Of a stretch of 64,000 nucleotides of DNA, positions 52,096 to 63,342 are shown piece by piece. Below the pieces are notes generated by a model. The model had not been told where the DNA came from, searched no databases, and saw nothing but the letters and a program-made list of their open reading frames with translations. This stretch comes from Tetramitus jugosus (lineage: Eukaryota > Protista > Heterolobosea). How positions within the stretch are numbered: position 1 is the first letter of the stretch; every line of letters starts with the position of its first letter. The DNA is taken from positions 248,001 to 312,000 of the forward strand of contig OW569349.1 in the NCBI GenBank assembly GCA_937625935.1. The letters run 5' to 3'. The translations under genes were made by a program, and so were the position numbers.

Positions 52096-53226
52096 TTACT
52101 GCTTTTCTTCGAGCATTTGTAATGCGGCCTTCACTTGATGTGGTGCCTTTCCTTGTGCAACCATCCATTTGGCCCAACCCTTGAAAGTTGGCTGACTCAT
52201 GGCTTGTTCCCAGGTTTGGCCACTAAACTTTCCAAATTTGATCGTTTCACTCCAATCAAACGAAGTTGGTGTATCCTTCTTCTTTGTAGCCCCTTCGGTA
52301 TCGAGATTAAACATGTCAAACATGTCGACATCACCATCCTCTAGAGTAGCTGGTCTTGATTGATCAACAATGTCTGTCTCAACAGAAAAAGCAGCTGGTT
52401 CAGCACTCTTTGCCTTTGATTTCACACTACTAGCACCACTGCTAGTTGATGAAGCAGATGTGGCAGCTTTTTCCTCAGAGTATGGATACTCGAATGCAGG
52501 TCTATCCTTTCTTCTATACAGCTTCTTTCTCTGGTTAGTCTTGACGTGAACAGCCCACACTTCCAAACCATGCTCTGCCTTCCACTTTAGAATAAAACTA
52601 GGATCCCACAGCTCTGATGCAATACCCAAATCCTTGCAACATCTCATCAATGCATTACTCTTGACACCTTCCAATGCAGAAGCCAGAGACTTGTGAGACA
52701 TGGACTCATCATATGCTTGATCACCCCAAGCTTGACTCACAAATTGTCCATTACAAAACAGAGCAAACTGTTGACAGATGGATCCATTGTCAATGTGATA
52801 GATACCACGTGGCATGAGACCCCAAGCACCAGGACCAAAAGCTCTATTCAAAATTCTTCTGTATTTAATCTCTGGAAGGTACAAGATACCATCTGGCTTA
52901 ATCTCTACATCATCATCACTCACTGGTTCCATCAAAATCTTTTGAGTGGTCTCTGAGAAGGGCTTGACAGAAATGTTGTGGAAGGATTGATCAGGCTCTG
53001 AAAAGTTGGACAGGATGGCTTGTTGTTGTTCTTGTTGCTGCAAAAGAGGAGTGGAGGCCTTGAAATTGACAGCAAAGCTTCTTCTTACATTGGCTTGGCA
53101 GGCGCAACAGTTACAAGCAGAGTTGTGTTTTTGTGGGATGACCAATGAGGAAACAAGAGATGCTCTCTTGTTGTTGTTGTTTGAGAGTCTCAGGGCAGTA
53201 CGAACAGTGGATCTTGAGATGTGCAT
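52096..53226 (-). CDS. MGM101: Mitochondrial genome maintenance protein MGM101 (Rad52-like) with an extra C-terminal domain
   Basis: DVEIKPDGILYLPEIKYRRILNRAFGPGAWGL and EGVKSNALMRCCKDLGIASELWDPSFI; mitochondrial presequence. Confidence 0.95.
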   Translation of the reverse strand: MHISRSTVRTALRLSNNNNKRASLVSSLVIPQKHNSACNCCACQANVRRSFAVNFKASTPLLQQQEQQQAILSNFSEPDQSFHNISVKPFSETTQKILMEPVSDDDVEIKPDGILYLPEIKYRRILNRAFGPGAWGLMPRGIYHIDNGSICQQFALFCNGQFVSQAWGDQAYDESMSHKSLASALEGVKSNALMRCCKDLGIASELWDPSFILKWKAEHGLEVWAVHVKTNQRKKLYRRKDRPAFEYPYSEEKAATSASSTSSGASSVKSKAKSAEPAAFSVETDIVDQSRPATLEDGDVDMFDMFNLDTEGATKKKDTPTSFDWSETIKFGKFSGQTWEQAMSQPTFKGWAKWMVAQGKAPHQVKAALQMLEEKQ

Positions 53227-53386
53227 ATCTGTGAGCTTTTTTTGATGTCGAAGTTGGTTTGTTTTCCCGTTGAAGTTTCGATCAAAATTGACACAACAAT
53301 CCTGCCAAACTCTCGAGAGCTTGTAGATATCGTTTTTTGTTGAAGGTTCACATAATTGTTGTTGTGATCATCTGCTTGGTTGTGGA

Positions 53387-55051
53387 ATGAGTATGAATCA
53401 ATTGTTTAGAGTGGGATGGGATGAGGAGAGAGGTCGTGTTCTGGTTGCGAATCGTGCGATTGAGGTTGGTATGAACGTTATCGTTGACCGGGCATTTGCT
53501 TATAGCTCCAATGCATTGGATGCTGCTTGTTGTGTTTGCATGCGGCGATTACTGCAATCTGATGATGATGGAGCGAAGGAAGATGATGAGATCAACTGGT
53601 GTTGCGAGCGTTGCCATTTACTGTTTTGTAATGGGATAGACAATTGTGAAGGAGGTGGAGAAAAAATGCAGCATGATAATCGGTTGTGTGAATCGATGGA
53701 AAGACTGAGAACCATTTCATTGTTGACTCATGTGGAACTAGGTTTGGTTGTCTTGGTATTCAAAGCAGGTTTGGCTCTCGTGGATCACAGCTCTGAAGAA
53801 CCTGATCCCATGTACACTCAAGTAGTCCAAATGCTAAACAAAGTTAATTCTCCTGTTTGCAAACTCAACATGAATACTGCCTCGATGCTGGTGGACTGTC
53901 TCGAAACACATAGAGAGGATATAGATCCGGAACATTTGCACTCCTTTAGAGAATGTGCGGAGATGATGCTGAAACTTGTTCATGGTGCTTGTCCAGTATC
54001 ACCCTCCAGAATGACTAGTGATGATATAATCGATGTTTTTTGTAAGATATTTGTGAATGCCCATGGATTGTGCCCTCCTGGTTTTCGTACATGTGATGCA
54101 GCCACGGGTCTCTTCCCAATGGTTTCACTAATGTCACATAGTTGCATTCCCAACTGTTGCTTTTCGACTATATGTGATCGCATCTATGTTAGATCTATTA
54201 GACAAATCGACGAGGGAGAGGAATTGAGTATACCCTATGTTTCTTTGATGAACCCAACTCACATCCGACGGAAAGCATTACTCGAAAGCAAGTACTTTAT
54301 GTGCAACTGCCAGAGATGTAAATCTTCAACAGAATGTGGTCTGTATCTTCGATCATTCAAGTGCAATATGTGTCAGAATGGCTATGCGTCACCAGTATAT
54401 TCTTGTGATGTTCCTTCAAACAAGGAAGAGCATCGCGTGGAAATTAAGATAGATAACCTTTTCACATCTTCTAACTTTGATAACAATTTGGATAACATGT
54501 CGTTTGATGACGCTTTTGATGCATTCGATGATATATACTGCCAAGAGCAGTCAGTATCAAACTTTGAATTGTTACAGAAGATCGATCATTTATCTTGTAG
54601 CTCATGTGGTGTGATCTCATCTCCGGAACGAGTGGATGAACTCGAAAGCAGTATTCAGGTCGTTCTGTCTGACCTTGCAGCTGGAAAAGATAAACTATTG
54701 GAGTGCTTCAGCACTCATTTAGTTCATGTCCATCAACATCACTTTCTGATGTTTGCCTTGAGAGCAAGACAGCTAGAAATTCACTTGAACAAAACGTGTC
54801 TCTCTGAACCTCAGGATATCAATCAGTGCTTTGAGTATTTAATTGAATTTTCAAAGTTTAATTGCAATGAGACTGCGGAGTACAACTTGCAGTATGCATT
54901 GAGTTTGAGAGATAATGGTGGTGAATCAGAATTAATCAAGGAATTGGTACTACGAGTTCGATACCACTACTCAATAATTTATCCAGAGGAGCATCCCATA
55001 CATCAGGTATTATTGGAAGCGTTCCCTTCTCTTATTACCGACAACTCCTAG
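53387..55051 (+). CDS. SMYD-type SET/MYND lysine methyltransferase
   Basis: RGRVLVANRAI, MYND-like Cys pairs, GLFP..SHSCIPNC, GEELSIPY, post-SET FMCNCQRC. Confidence 0.85.
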   Translation: MSMNQLFRVGWDEERGRVLVANRAIEVGMNVIVDRAFAYSSNALDAACCVCMRRLLQSDDDGAKEDDEINWCCERCHLLFCNGIDNCEGGGEKMQHDNRLCESMERLRTISLLTHVELGLVVLVFKAGLALVDHSSEEPDPMYTQVVQMLNKVNSPVCKLNMNTASMLVDCLETHREDIDPEHLHSFRECAEMMLKLVHGACPVSPSRMTSDDIIDVFCKIFVNAHGLCPPGFRTCDAATGLFPMVSLMSHSCIPNCCFSTICDRIYVRSIRQIDEGEELSIPYVSLMNPTHIRRKALLESKYFMCNCQRCKSSTECGLYLRSFKCNMCQNGYASPVYSCDVPSNKEEHRVEIKIDNLFTSSNFDNNLDNMSFDDAFDAFDDIYCQEQSVSNFELLQKIDHLSCSSCGVISSPERVDELESSIQVVLSDLAAGKDKLLECFSTHLVHVHQHHFLMFALRARQLEIHLNKTCLSEPQDINQCFEYLIEFSKFNCNETAEYNLQYALSLRDNGGESELIKELVLRVRYHYSIIYPEEHPIHQVLLEAFPSLITDNS

Positions 55052-57815
55052 TTTGCCAAGTTCCTCCGTACTAAACACATCTTGGAAGTGATGATAGTAA
55101 CGTCGTGATGCTCTGCGACCTCGTTTGTCTTCCTCACGACTGCTAATCGACAGCACAGTATCGATTATATCTGGTTGAACATACTGCAAACCCATGGTCG
55201 AAGATACAGTCTTCCGTATGAGGCTAAGCAATTCTTGTTGGCTCTTCTTAACATAATCACGATACAAAGGATTCGATAGCACCACATGAGACACTGTGGA
55301 CAAATTAGGCCGAATATCAGAGTGATAAGCTTGACTCTGAGGAGAACGGCCTTTGATAAACCTTGTATGATTCAAAATATTGCCTGATGAATGTATAAAG
55401 CTAGATGTATCGTCAGCATAAAACGAGTCAGACGGCCGCTCACACATGTACTCAAATGCACAAAGATTGTCCATGTAAGAGCAAACATCATAAATAGATT
55501 CAGGTTGAGTTCCACTTGGCGATAATAAATAATTATTAAACATAATATCCAAGCCCTGCTCTCTACTAACACTCAACTCGTCTTCAACAGCGTAATGTAT
55601 CCGATAATCGCTTAATGTGTTGTCGAAAAGATTACTTGCAATATAAAACAAACCCAGGTATCTTTCAAGGAATTGTTGCCTTGATTTCACGGTCATATCA
55701 ATCGGCTTGTCAAACAAGTCAGACATTCCACACGGTAATCTATCAACCTCTTGTGCCCAAAATTGAACGTTCAGTATCGTTCTGCGCAAATCTCCCTCAC
55801 AATACTGCAAAAGACTGTGTAGCTCGTGAATATTTTTGACTTCTAATCCTTCGCACATGAGAATTAGCACCACAAGATAGACCTTTTGAAGAATAAAACC
55901 ATTCACAACATCTAAATCACAACCAAGACTAATGCCGAGAGAGGTAAAATTGAGTTGCTTGCACATAGTTAAATCCTCAACCTCAATTTTACCTAGCAAC
56001 GAAAGATGTCAATCATAATTCTAAAACGTAAACCTGAATGTTATACATACTATTACTTGTTAATATGAGTGGTCTCTTTGTGCTTCTCTGAATTTTTTTG
56101 ATGGCAGCAAAGAAGTTCTTATCTGGTTCATATATGTTATCAACTTCCTCAAACAAAAGAAGACTGGAGGATTGCATCTTTTCTGATTGACAACTACTCT
56201 CTGTCGCCGTCTTATTGGCGAGGAATCTATGAATTTGATGAGATTGCGTCATCTCAATCAGTTTGAGCATCGATGCCTGAGAGCGCTCAGATGACGAATT
56301 AATTTCAAAAACGTGAAACCCTAACTCCTGTGCACTAGCATAAACTGAAGCAGTTTTCCCACTGGATAAATCTCCAGTCACCATCACTAAATTATTGGTG
56401 ATAGGATCAAACTCGTCCTCACTATCTCCATCACTCTCATTTTCATAGTCAACATCATCAAAAAACAAAAAGCTAGCAATCTTCTTTTTGTTGCTAGCTT
56501 TCAATTTCTTCTGCTTACTTCGTTTCTTCGTTGACTCTCTGAACGACTCCCAATCCTTCATCCATGACCATAGTTGGTCAATCACATCATGGTTACAACC
56601 CACCATTTCGTGTTTTGAAAGAGGGCGATACTTATGAGTCCATAAATCACCAGAGTTAGAGAACAATTCAAAAGAATCGTGATCATAATTCAATCGTCTC
56701 GCGACCAGCTCTTTGTATAATCTAACTGCCCAAACAGAATCAAATCCAGTGTACTTTTTGCTTAATTCCAACATTTTTGCATCTGCAAATTTCAAGTATT
56801 GTTCTATTGTTTTAGTCTTATTCTCCAAGGAAGGGATTGGTGATGGAAGTTGGCAACTACCTCCACTGCTCACTCTTCTTTTTGATTTTGTCTCATCAGC
56901 GCCAATATATTTGAACCACCAACTACCTTCTTTATCAGAGCTCATCAATTCGTTAATCTCCTGCTCTACTGTGCGTTCATCCTCTTCTTGATCGTAGTCC
57001 AAAGGCTCGATCGAAATCAGTGTATTTAATAGATCATACGGTTGGGAAACCCTCGAATAATTATCGTCATTTTGTAAAACGTGGAATGCTGGTCCATGCG
57101 TCCATACAGTAGAAGTTGAAACATTTTGCAATGGAACAGTATCCCAGTCTTCTCCAACATGCTCTAACTGAATGTTAATCGCTTCACTCTTGTCCTTCTT
57201 TTGCATAGATAGCAATAACGGATGCTTTGAAGCCTCTCCTTGAAACGGTTTACAAAATAATGGATTCAACTCCTTATTCTTCTCAATATTCTCCTTAAAT
57301 GATTGTAAATTTTTGAGCTCGCGTTTTCGTTTCTTTTGCTCCGAAGTCATAAAAACTTCGGCAATCGATGCAACAACTGTATCTGGACTTTTATCATTCA
57401 CTTTAATGGTTCCTTCATTCTTTAGACTCAATTTGGATGATTTCTTCTGACCAAATCCCTTTGTGAAAAACGGGTGAATCTTTGATGAGGTAGAAGTGGA
57501 CAGTTGTTGAACAGCACCACCATTCGCATCACTATTCTCATCAATCACAACCTCTTGCACTGCATTTTCGGACAATGTTATAGCAGGAGGCAGTACATTG
57601 TGAGACAAGGGAAGATTCTGAGCAACCTCTTGCGGTTGTTGATCATCACATGAAGAATCAGACTTGTTCGGTGATTCATTCTTCTTGAGAAACATTTTCA
57701 GAGGAACATAGCTGGCAGATGATGGTTTTGCCTTCTTGTTGTTGGGAGATTTCGTTGTTGTTGAGGAGGAGGAAGTTCTCTTGCGCTTCGTGTTGCTGCT
57801 ACTGTCACCCTTCAT
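55010..57815 (-). CDS. ATAD5: ATAD5/Elg1 RFC-like PCNA unloader subunit; exons 57815-56051 and 55992-55010
   Basis: LWTHKYRP, degenerate Walker A GDLSSGKTASVYA, VFEINSSSERS, LLLFEEVD, TKRPLILTSN, GDLRRTILNVQFW; phase-1 intron 56050-55993. Confidence 0.88.
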
Positions 57816-57910
57816 GTTTCCTCTCTTCCAATTGGTTGAGTCAGACTGCTGCTCACAGAGATCGTTTATTTGTGTTTGGTTTTTGAGCCAAGTAACGGAT
57901 CGATTTTTGT

Positions 57911-57919
57911 GGCGCCAAA
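57911..57919. promoter_or_regulatory. E2F consensus site upstream of ATAD5
   Basis: GGCGCCAAA (TTTGGCGC on the minus strand), about 97 nt upstream of the ATG. Confidence 0.62.
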
Positions 57920-58004
57920 GTTGTTTCCAGGAAAAAAAGGAAGAAACACAGCACTGAACAATGTTGTTGCCGAAGGAGTCTTTATGGTCTCACGAACAAA
58001 AGAT

Positions 58005-58798
58005 TTAAACTTCAACCTTGGCAATCTTGGCAGCATGCAACCAGAAGTTTCTAATCTTGGAGAAAGAAACTTCACCTGCCTGGAGAACTCTGTGTCTCTC
58101 CATTTCTTCGACATTGTCAGACAATGACCAGAATTGGTGAGCACAAATGGCAATGACATCCTTAATTTGCTTTCCAGATCTAAGAGTGAACAAATCCTTG
58201 CCATCAACGGTGAACAAGATGCTGGTCAAATCTCTTGGGTCTCTAATGCTGCAGATGCTTGCAATAGGTTGAGTGTAGCAGAGTGGATGAGAGTCGCTGT
58301 TTTTTTTGTTTTTTGTAAAACAGTGTTAGCTTATTTGTTGAAGTCTTGGTTAACAAAAGAACAATAAAGTATGAAATCAAACGATTACTAACAATGCAAG
58401 ATCAATAATTCCCTCGCAAGTGAATCCACTTGGGTTGTTCACAATTGGTACCAAATTTCCTTGGAGGCACTTCTTGGCAGCAACCAACCACTTCTTTGCA
58501 CTCTCGGAATGGAAATGTCTTTGAGAGAACTTGTTGCAGTACTTGTCACCATAACCAATAGCATATCCAGCGCTACCACAAGGCTTAGCCTTTTCCAAGC
58601 ATCCAAGATAGAAATTGCAGCTATCTATATAGATACAAACATCCACCAACAATGTCGTCAGTACAAGATCATCAATTAATTGAAAAAGTGGTGACACACT
58701 TTGTGACACATACCACTGGTTGGAGTGCAGACGCTTGAGAGAGCAGTTGCAAAACAAGCTAGTAAGAGAGATAATACGACGAATAAAATGGTCTTCAT
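58005..58798 (-). CDS. Secreted Cys-rich stanniocalcin-like protein; exons 58798-58714, 58624-58393, 58296-58005
   Basis: Signal peptide MKTILFVVLSLLLACFATA; CNFY..CLE..CG..GY..GYG.KYC..F, W..KCLQ, TC..AFDSHPLCY..C; introns of 89 and 96 nt join three separate ORFs in frame. Confidence 0.75.
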
Positions 58799-59044
58799 AA
58801 TGAATTGATATGATTCAAAGAAACAAAATGTTGTGATTTGATATGTTTTATGTCCCGAACACTCAGTCGTACAACTCCCCGTCCTTCTAAATCGATGTCG
58901 AGATGTCGCATCAACTTGCAAAAACTCCTCCAGTTCGTTGAACCTCAAACTAACTCCCAATTGCATTTTCATCCCACAACAGCAAAAAATCAAACAACAA
59001 CACCAACAAGATCAAAGATTATCATTCAAAACAAGAAAAAAGAA

Positions 59045-59893
59045 ATGGGAAAGAAGAGAAAGGCAACGAATCAACGACCGGATCTAGAAGATCAACAAAC
59101 ATTAGATGAAAATCATCAAGAACAACAACAGTCAAGCTCAAACGATGTCATATCATCATTGGACAATCAAGATGAAGAACCAGAGAGAGTAACACTGGAC
59201 GAGAACTACAAGGATAGAGAAACAGATCCAAAAGCAATTGAGTTCTTGGGAGCTGTATCCGATGGAGATGAAAATGCCATTCAAAAGCTATTGGAGAATG
59301 GTGCTGATATTCATTGTACGGATGATGCTGGATATGTATGTTTTGTGCATCATGTATTTTTTTACTTCTATTGTATGTTGTTATGAGTGTAATCGAGCTC
59401 GATGTAACTCATTCAATGCCTTGTGAAAAATAGACACCATTGCATTTGGCCGCTAGACTCGGAAATATTGAAATTGTAAACTTTTTGTTGGATAAGGGAG
59501 CAGATGTCAATTTCAAGGATGGTTATGGTCAAACACCATTGATGAGAGCAGCACGAAAGGGACAAAAATCAGTGGCTCAAACACTGTTGGACCGCGGTGC
59601 CAATGTTGATGTCATTAGCACAGATGATGAAGCAACGACTGCGTTGCATTTGGCATCTGAAGAAGGCAAAACAGAAGTTGTAAAGCTTTTGTTGAGTAAG
59701 AATGCTGATATCACCATTAAAAATGTATGTATAATAATGCTTGCACAGCAGTGCATCTATTTACGATCAGAGCGAGACTTATCATCCATTTGTTCAATGT
59801 ATGTAGAGCGATGGCGAGACTGCTGCTGATATCGCCAGACGAAAAGAAATTAGAGAATTAATCTTGAGCAACGGCGCACAAACAAAGGAGTAA
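59045..59893 (+). CDS. Ankyrin-repeat protein; exons 59045-59335, 59434-59724, 59807-59893
   Basis: GY|[33 protein letters not shown]; phase-0 GTATGT introns of 98 and 82 nt. Confidence 0.9.
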
Positions 59894-60068
59894 TTGTGTG
59901 ATACTAGTTCTTCTCTAGAGTTTATCAACAACTTTAATCAAATATAGGAAGGTTAAAGCTTGGTTGGCCATTGTATGAACAAGATACATTGCACTGCAAA
60001 GCGCGAATAAATAACTGATGAGTTGGTGAAAGCTTTCACTATCCTTTTCCTATTGAAATGAATCTCTC

Positions 60069-60719
60069 TTAACATTGGAATTGGCTCCTCGATTCGTCTC
60101 TATCGAGCTCTGCTTCCCTTAGGTCAATTAGCTTTCGACCATAATCTTCTAGCTGTCGCCTAAATCCAGTGTTTGGATCGACGATTGGTCTGATTGTCTG
60201 GAGGAGTGTCAATGCTTCATTAAATGATATGTTCGTTGACCTCATCAAATATGCTATCACAATTGATGGAGAACGACTGGCACCAGCTAATATTTAATAA
60301 TTCACACCATATCATCAACATGTTAGCTTCTGATTGGATACATTGCAAGTAACACATGTGGAGAAAATGCGTGTGAAGCGAAACATACCTAGACAATGAA
60401 CCAAAACTCGATGTTGAGGATTAGAGTGAAGAGCACTATGGATAAAATCGTGCGACAACTCAAAAGACTCAGCCAAGGAATGCGAGGGAACATCCGGTGT
60501 CACCAGAGTCAAATATGTAAATTCAGCGGGAAAAGGATTTCGGTTAACGGCCGTACACTGAACAATGTGCGTGATTCCGTGTCTCCTCAGCAGCTCAACG
60601 TCTTCTGCTGCGTTTTGATTGCCAAGGAACAATCGATCGGGAATGATAGAGCTAATTGGAACCATTAAACTGGTCAGTAGTGCTTCGGAATCCATACATT
60701 GAACACCTTTGTTGTGCAT
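60069..60719 (-). CDS. Atypical dual-specificity phosphatase; exons 60719-60389 and 60286-60069
   Basis: LFLGNQ, GITHIV, catalytic HCLAGASRS rebuilt across intron 60388-60287, AYLM, PNTGFRRQL. Confidence 0.92.
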
Positions 60720-61137
60720 TCTCGAGTCGCAATTGTTATGTGTCAATCTTTGATGAAAAGTCTTTTCCTCTCAATGTTTTCTGATCGGCAACAAAAAAGG
60801 GAAACTTTACCCACATCAACAGCAATCGATGCGCGTTTCGGAAACGGACGTCAGTGTCTCCTTTTTTTTGTAATGGCAGCGAAACGGCTATCTGCTGTTG
60901 AAGCACACATCATTTTCACACACCAAGCTTTACATTTACGATACGGAATTGAAAAAAAATACAGTGGCCATAATGTTTATATTATGCAATATTTAAGAGA
61001 GGGAGTTGTGTGTCTGCCGTATGAACCGATTGCAACATTGCTCTTGAAAAAAACCTAAAGAGTTCTTTAGACAAAGGGGGAGAGATTGAGTATATATGAG
61101 AGTGTGTGCGTGTATGCATATCCATATTTGCTCCTTC

Positions 61138-61894
61138 TTAGAGAATGAGACACTTCTTCTTCTTCTTGTCCTTCTTCTCCTTGTTCTCATCCTTGCCCTT
61201 CTTGTTGTCTTCCTCATCTTCTTCAGCATCAGGGTCGTTTGATTTGTCAATCAATCTCACCAAGCTCAAGAAAATTTCTTCAACGTTGATGCACTCCTTG
61301 GCCGAAGCTTCCAAGAACTTGCAGTCACCAAACTTTTCGGCCATATTGTTACCTTCTTCCTTGCTGACACTTCTCTCCTCTTCCAAATCACACTTGTTAC
61401 CGACCAACACCAATGGAACTTCTTCACTGTCCTTACTTCTCAACAATTGTTCATGAATGGTCATACAGTCTTCGAATGAAGATGGATCAGTGATGGAGTA
61501 GACGAGAACGAAGCCTTGTCCACTTCTCATGTACTGATCTCTCATGGCAGAGTATTCCTCTTGACCAGCAGTGTCGAGAATATCGAGCATACATGCCTTT
61601 CCGTCCACTTGAACGTGCTTTCTGTATGAATCTTCAATAGTAGGGTCATACTTTTCAACAAAGTTACCCTGGATGAATTGAATGGTAAGAGCGGACTTTC
61701 CCACACCACCTAATATTCATTTTGTTGATTATTGTTATTTGTGGTTGGAAGGAGGATTCAACAAAATGTTTGAAAAAAAAAGTGTTTTTGTTGTTGGAGT
61801 TAGTGGAGAGCTTTTTTTTGGGGAGATTGGTGTTGTGTGTGTTTTGCATCAATTACGTACCTGAACCTAAAACGACAATCTTGTATTCTGCCAT
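61138..61894 (-). CDS. Ras/Rap-family small GTPase; exons 61894-61861 and 61709-61138
   Basis: [40 protein letters not shown], polybasic tail and CaaX CLIL; intron 61860-61710. Confidence 0.96.
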
Positions 61895-62340
61895 GTTGAT
61901 GCTTCTTCTTATTTACTTGGTATTTGTTTGTTTTGTTTGTCTTTGTTTTCTTCTTGGAGAAAAGCAATAGGAAATTTGTCACACACGGGTTTGATATTTG
62001 ACAGCTGGTGCAAACCGTCAAATTTTATTTTTTTGAGCGAAGCAGCAATGGCCCGCCTGTGTCGCACAACGAAGTCGTTGGTTAGTTCAAGTATAATTCA
62101 AGAGTTGTGGGGAGATGATGGCTCTGAAGTTTCTCCCCTGACACAGGTTGTCAATGAACGACATGATATTCCGAAACTCCCCGAACAAATTCGACTCTTC
62201 TGTAGATGTCGGAAGTTTGACAAAAAGTTCAGCCAAAATCACTCTTGGAGCTCCAAATTCTTGATCAAGTTAAACAACATCAACAAGCAAAAAAATCTTT
62301 GCTCACCAACAACAACAATAACCACAATAACAAACAACAA

Positions 62341-63249
62341 ATGCAACGATTCACCAGATTAATAGTTTCAACAATCAACCGTTCTCATCACATACGGCGA
62401 AACGCTACTCGTGCTCTACCACAACAAGAGATGTCAACAACACATCGTTGTTTCTCAAGATCACCATCACTACAATTCCGACAAAATGCAACAACAACAT
62501 CGAAACTGAATAACAATAATAATAATACGATCATCAACCATTCACCTTCCAATTGTACTCTATCCAATCATCAATGTGTCACTTTTCACACGAGATTCAC
62601 AAACAACAACAATAACAGTAGTGATCAAAATCATCAACAACAAAAAATGAATAGTTCTATTCTGTATGAGAGCAACTCATCTTCACCCATACTCGTTGCA
62701 CAACAAGCCTACGTTCGACACCGAAACATTATTTGGCTCGTTGGTGCCAATGCTGCACTCCTCTATCTACCCATTGTAGCTCCAGCACTCAAAATCATTA
62801 CAGTGTTGAGCAGTATAGTGTTTGGTTATTTTTCAAAGCAAAACAATCGAAATCATGTGCCTACGATATTGAAATCCATATCGATTGACTCTAGTGATGA
62901 CAGTCGATTCTTGTTGGAGCGATTTGATGGAAGAAAGACAAGTGTTCCCATCAGAGATGTCATTATGGATCATGAGCCATTGTTTAAGGTGTATATGCCG
63001 TTTGGATCATTCTTTTGGAGGTCTTTCCTGTTGAATAAGAGTGATATGAGGAGTGCGAACGAGTTGCGATTCATGGTTGTAAAGTTGGGTGATAGCATGA
63101 GAGAGGACACGAGAAATTTGTCGTTTAATCGCGAGGGTGAAGTAGTGCGAACAGTGTACACTGTGAGGGCAGATGATGAAACGTTGGATGGGTTGAGGGA
63201 GCGATTGGAACAAGTGAGATCTCATCATGATCCACCATCGCAGTTTTAA
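62341..63249 (+). CDS. Hypothetical mitochondrial membrane protein (possibly TMEM70/186/223-like topology)
   Basis: Arg/Ser-rich presequence MQRFTRLIV, paired hydrophobic helices, then a beta-rich segment; family assignment is tentative. Confidence 0.55.
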   Translation: MQRFTRLIVSTINRSHHIRRNATRALPQQEMSTTHRCFSRSPSLQFRQNATTTSKLNNNNNNTIINHSPSNCTLSNHQCVTFHTRFTNNNNNSSDQNHQQQKMNSSILYESNSSSPILVAQQAYVRHRNIIWLVGANAALLYLPIVAPALKIITVLSSIVFGYFSKQNNRNHVPTILKSISIDSSDDSRFLLERFDGRKTSVPIRDVIMDHEPLFKVYMPFGSFFWRSFLLNKSDMRSANELRFMVVKLGDSMREDTRNLSFNREGEVVRTVYTVRADDETLDGLRERLEQVRSHHDPPSQF

Positions 63250-63342
63250 TAATGGATGGAGATGAGGGGTGAATAAAATTACAAATGTAAACAAGAATGA
63301 ATTTCAATTGTATATTTTCCTTTTTCCTTGAACAACTTTCAA

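Noticed and set aside
55883-55940. Possible extra intron in ATAD5 exon 2
   Set aside because: A pyrimidine tract and AG are present, but I found no in-phase canonical donor, and the frame is open without splicing.
11521-57815. Functional clustering of genome-maintenance genes (UBC9, TOP2, FAAP100-like, UNG, MGM101, ATAD5)
   Set aside because: They are interspersed among ~40 unrelated genes; no evidence beyond chance without synteny data.
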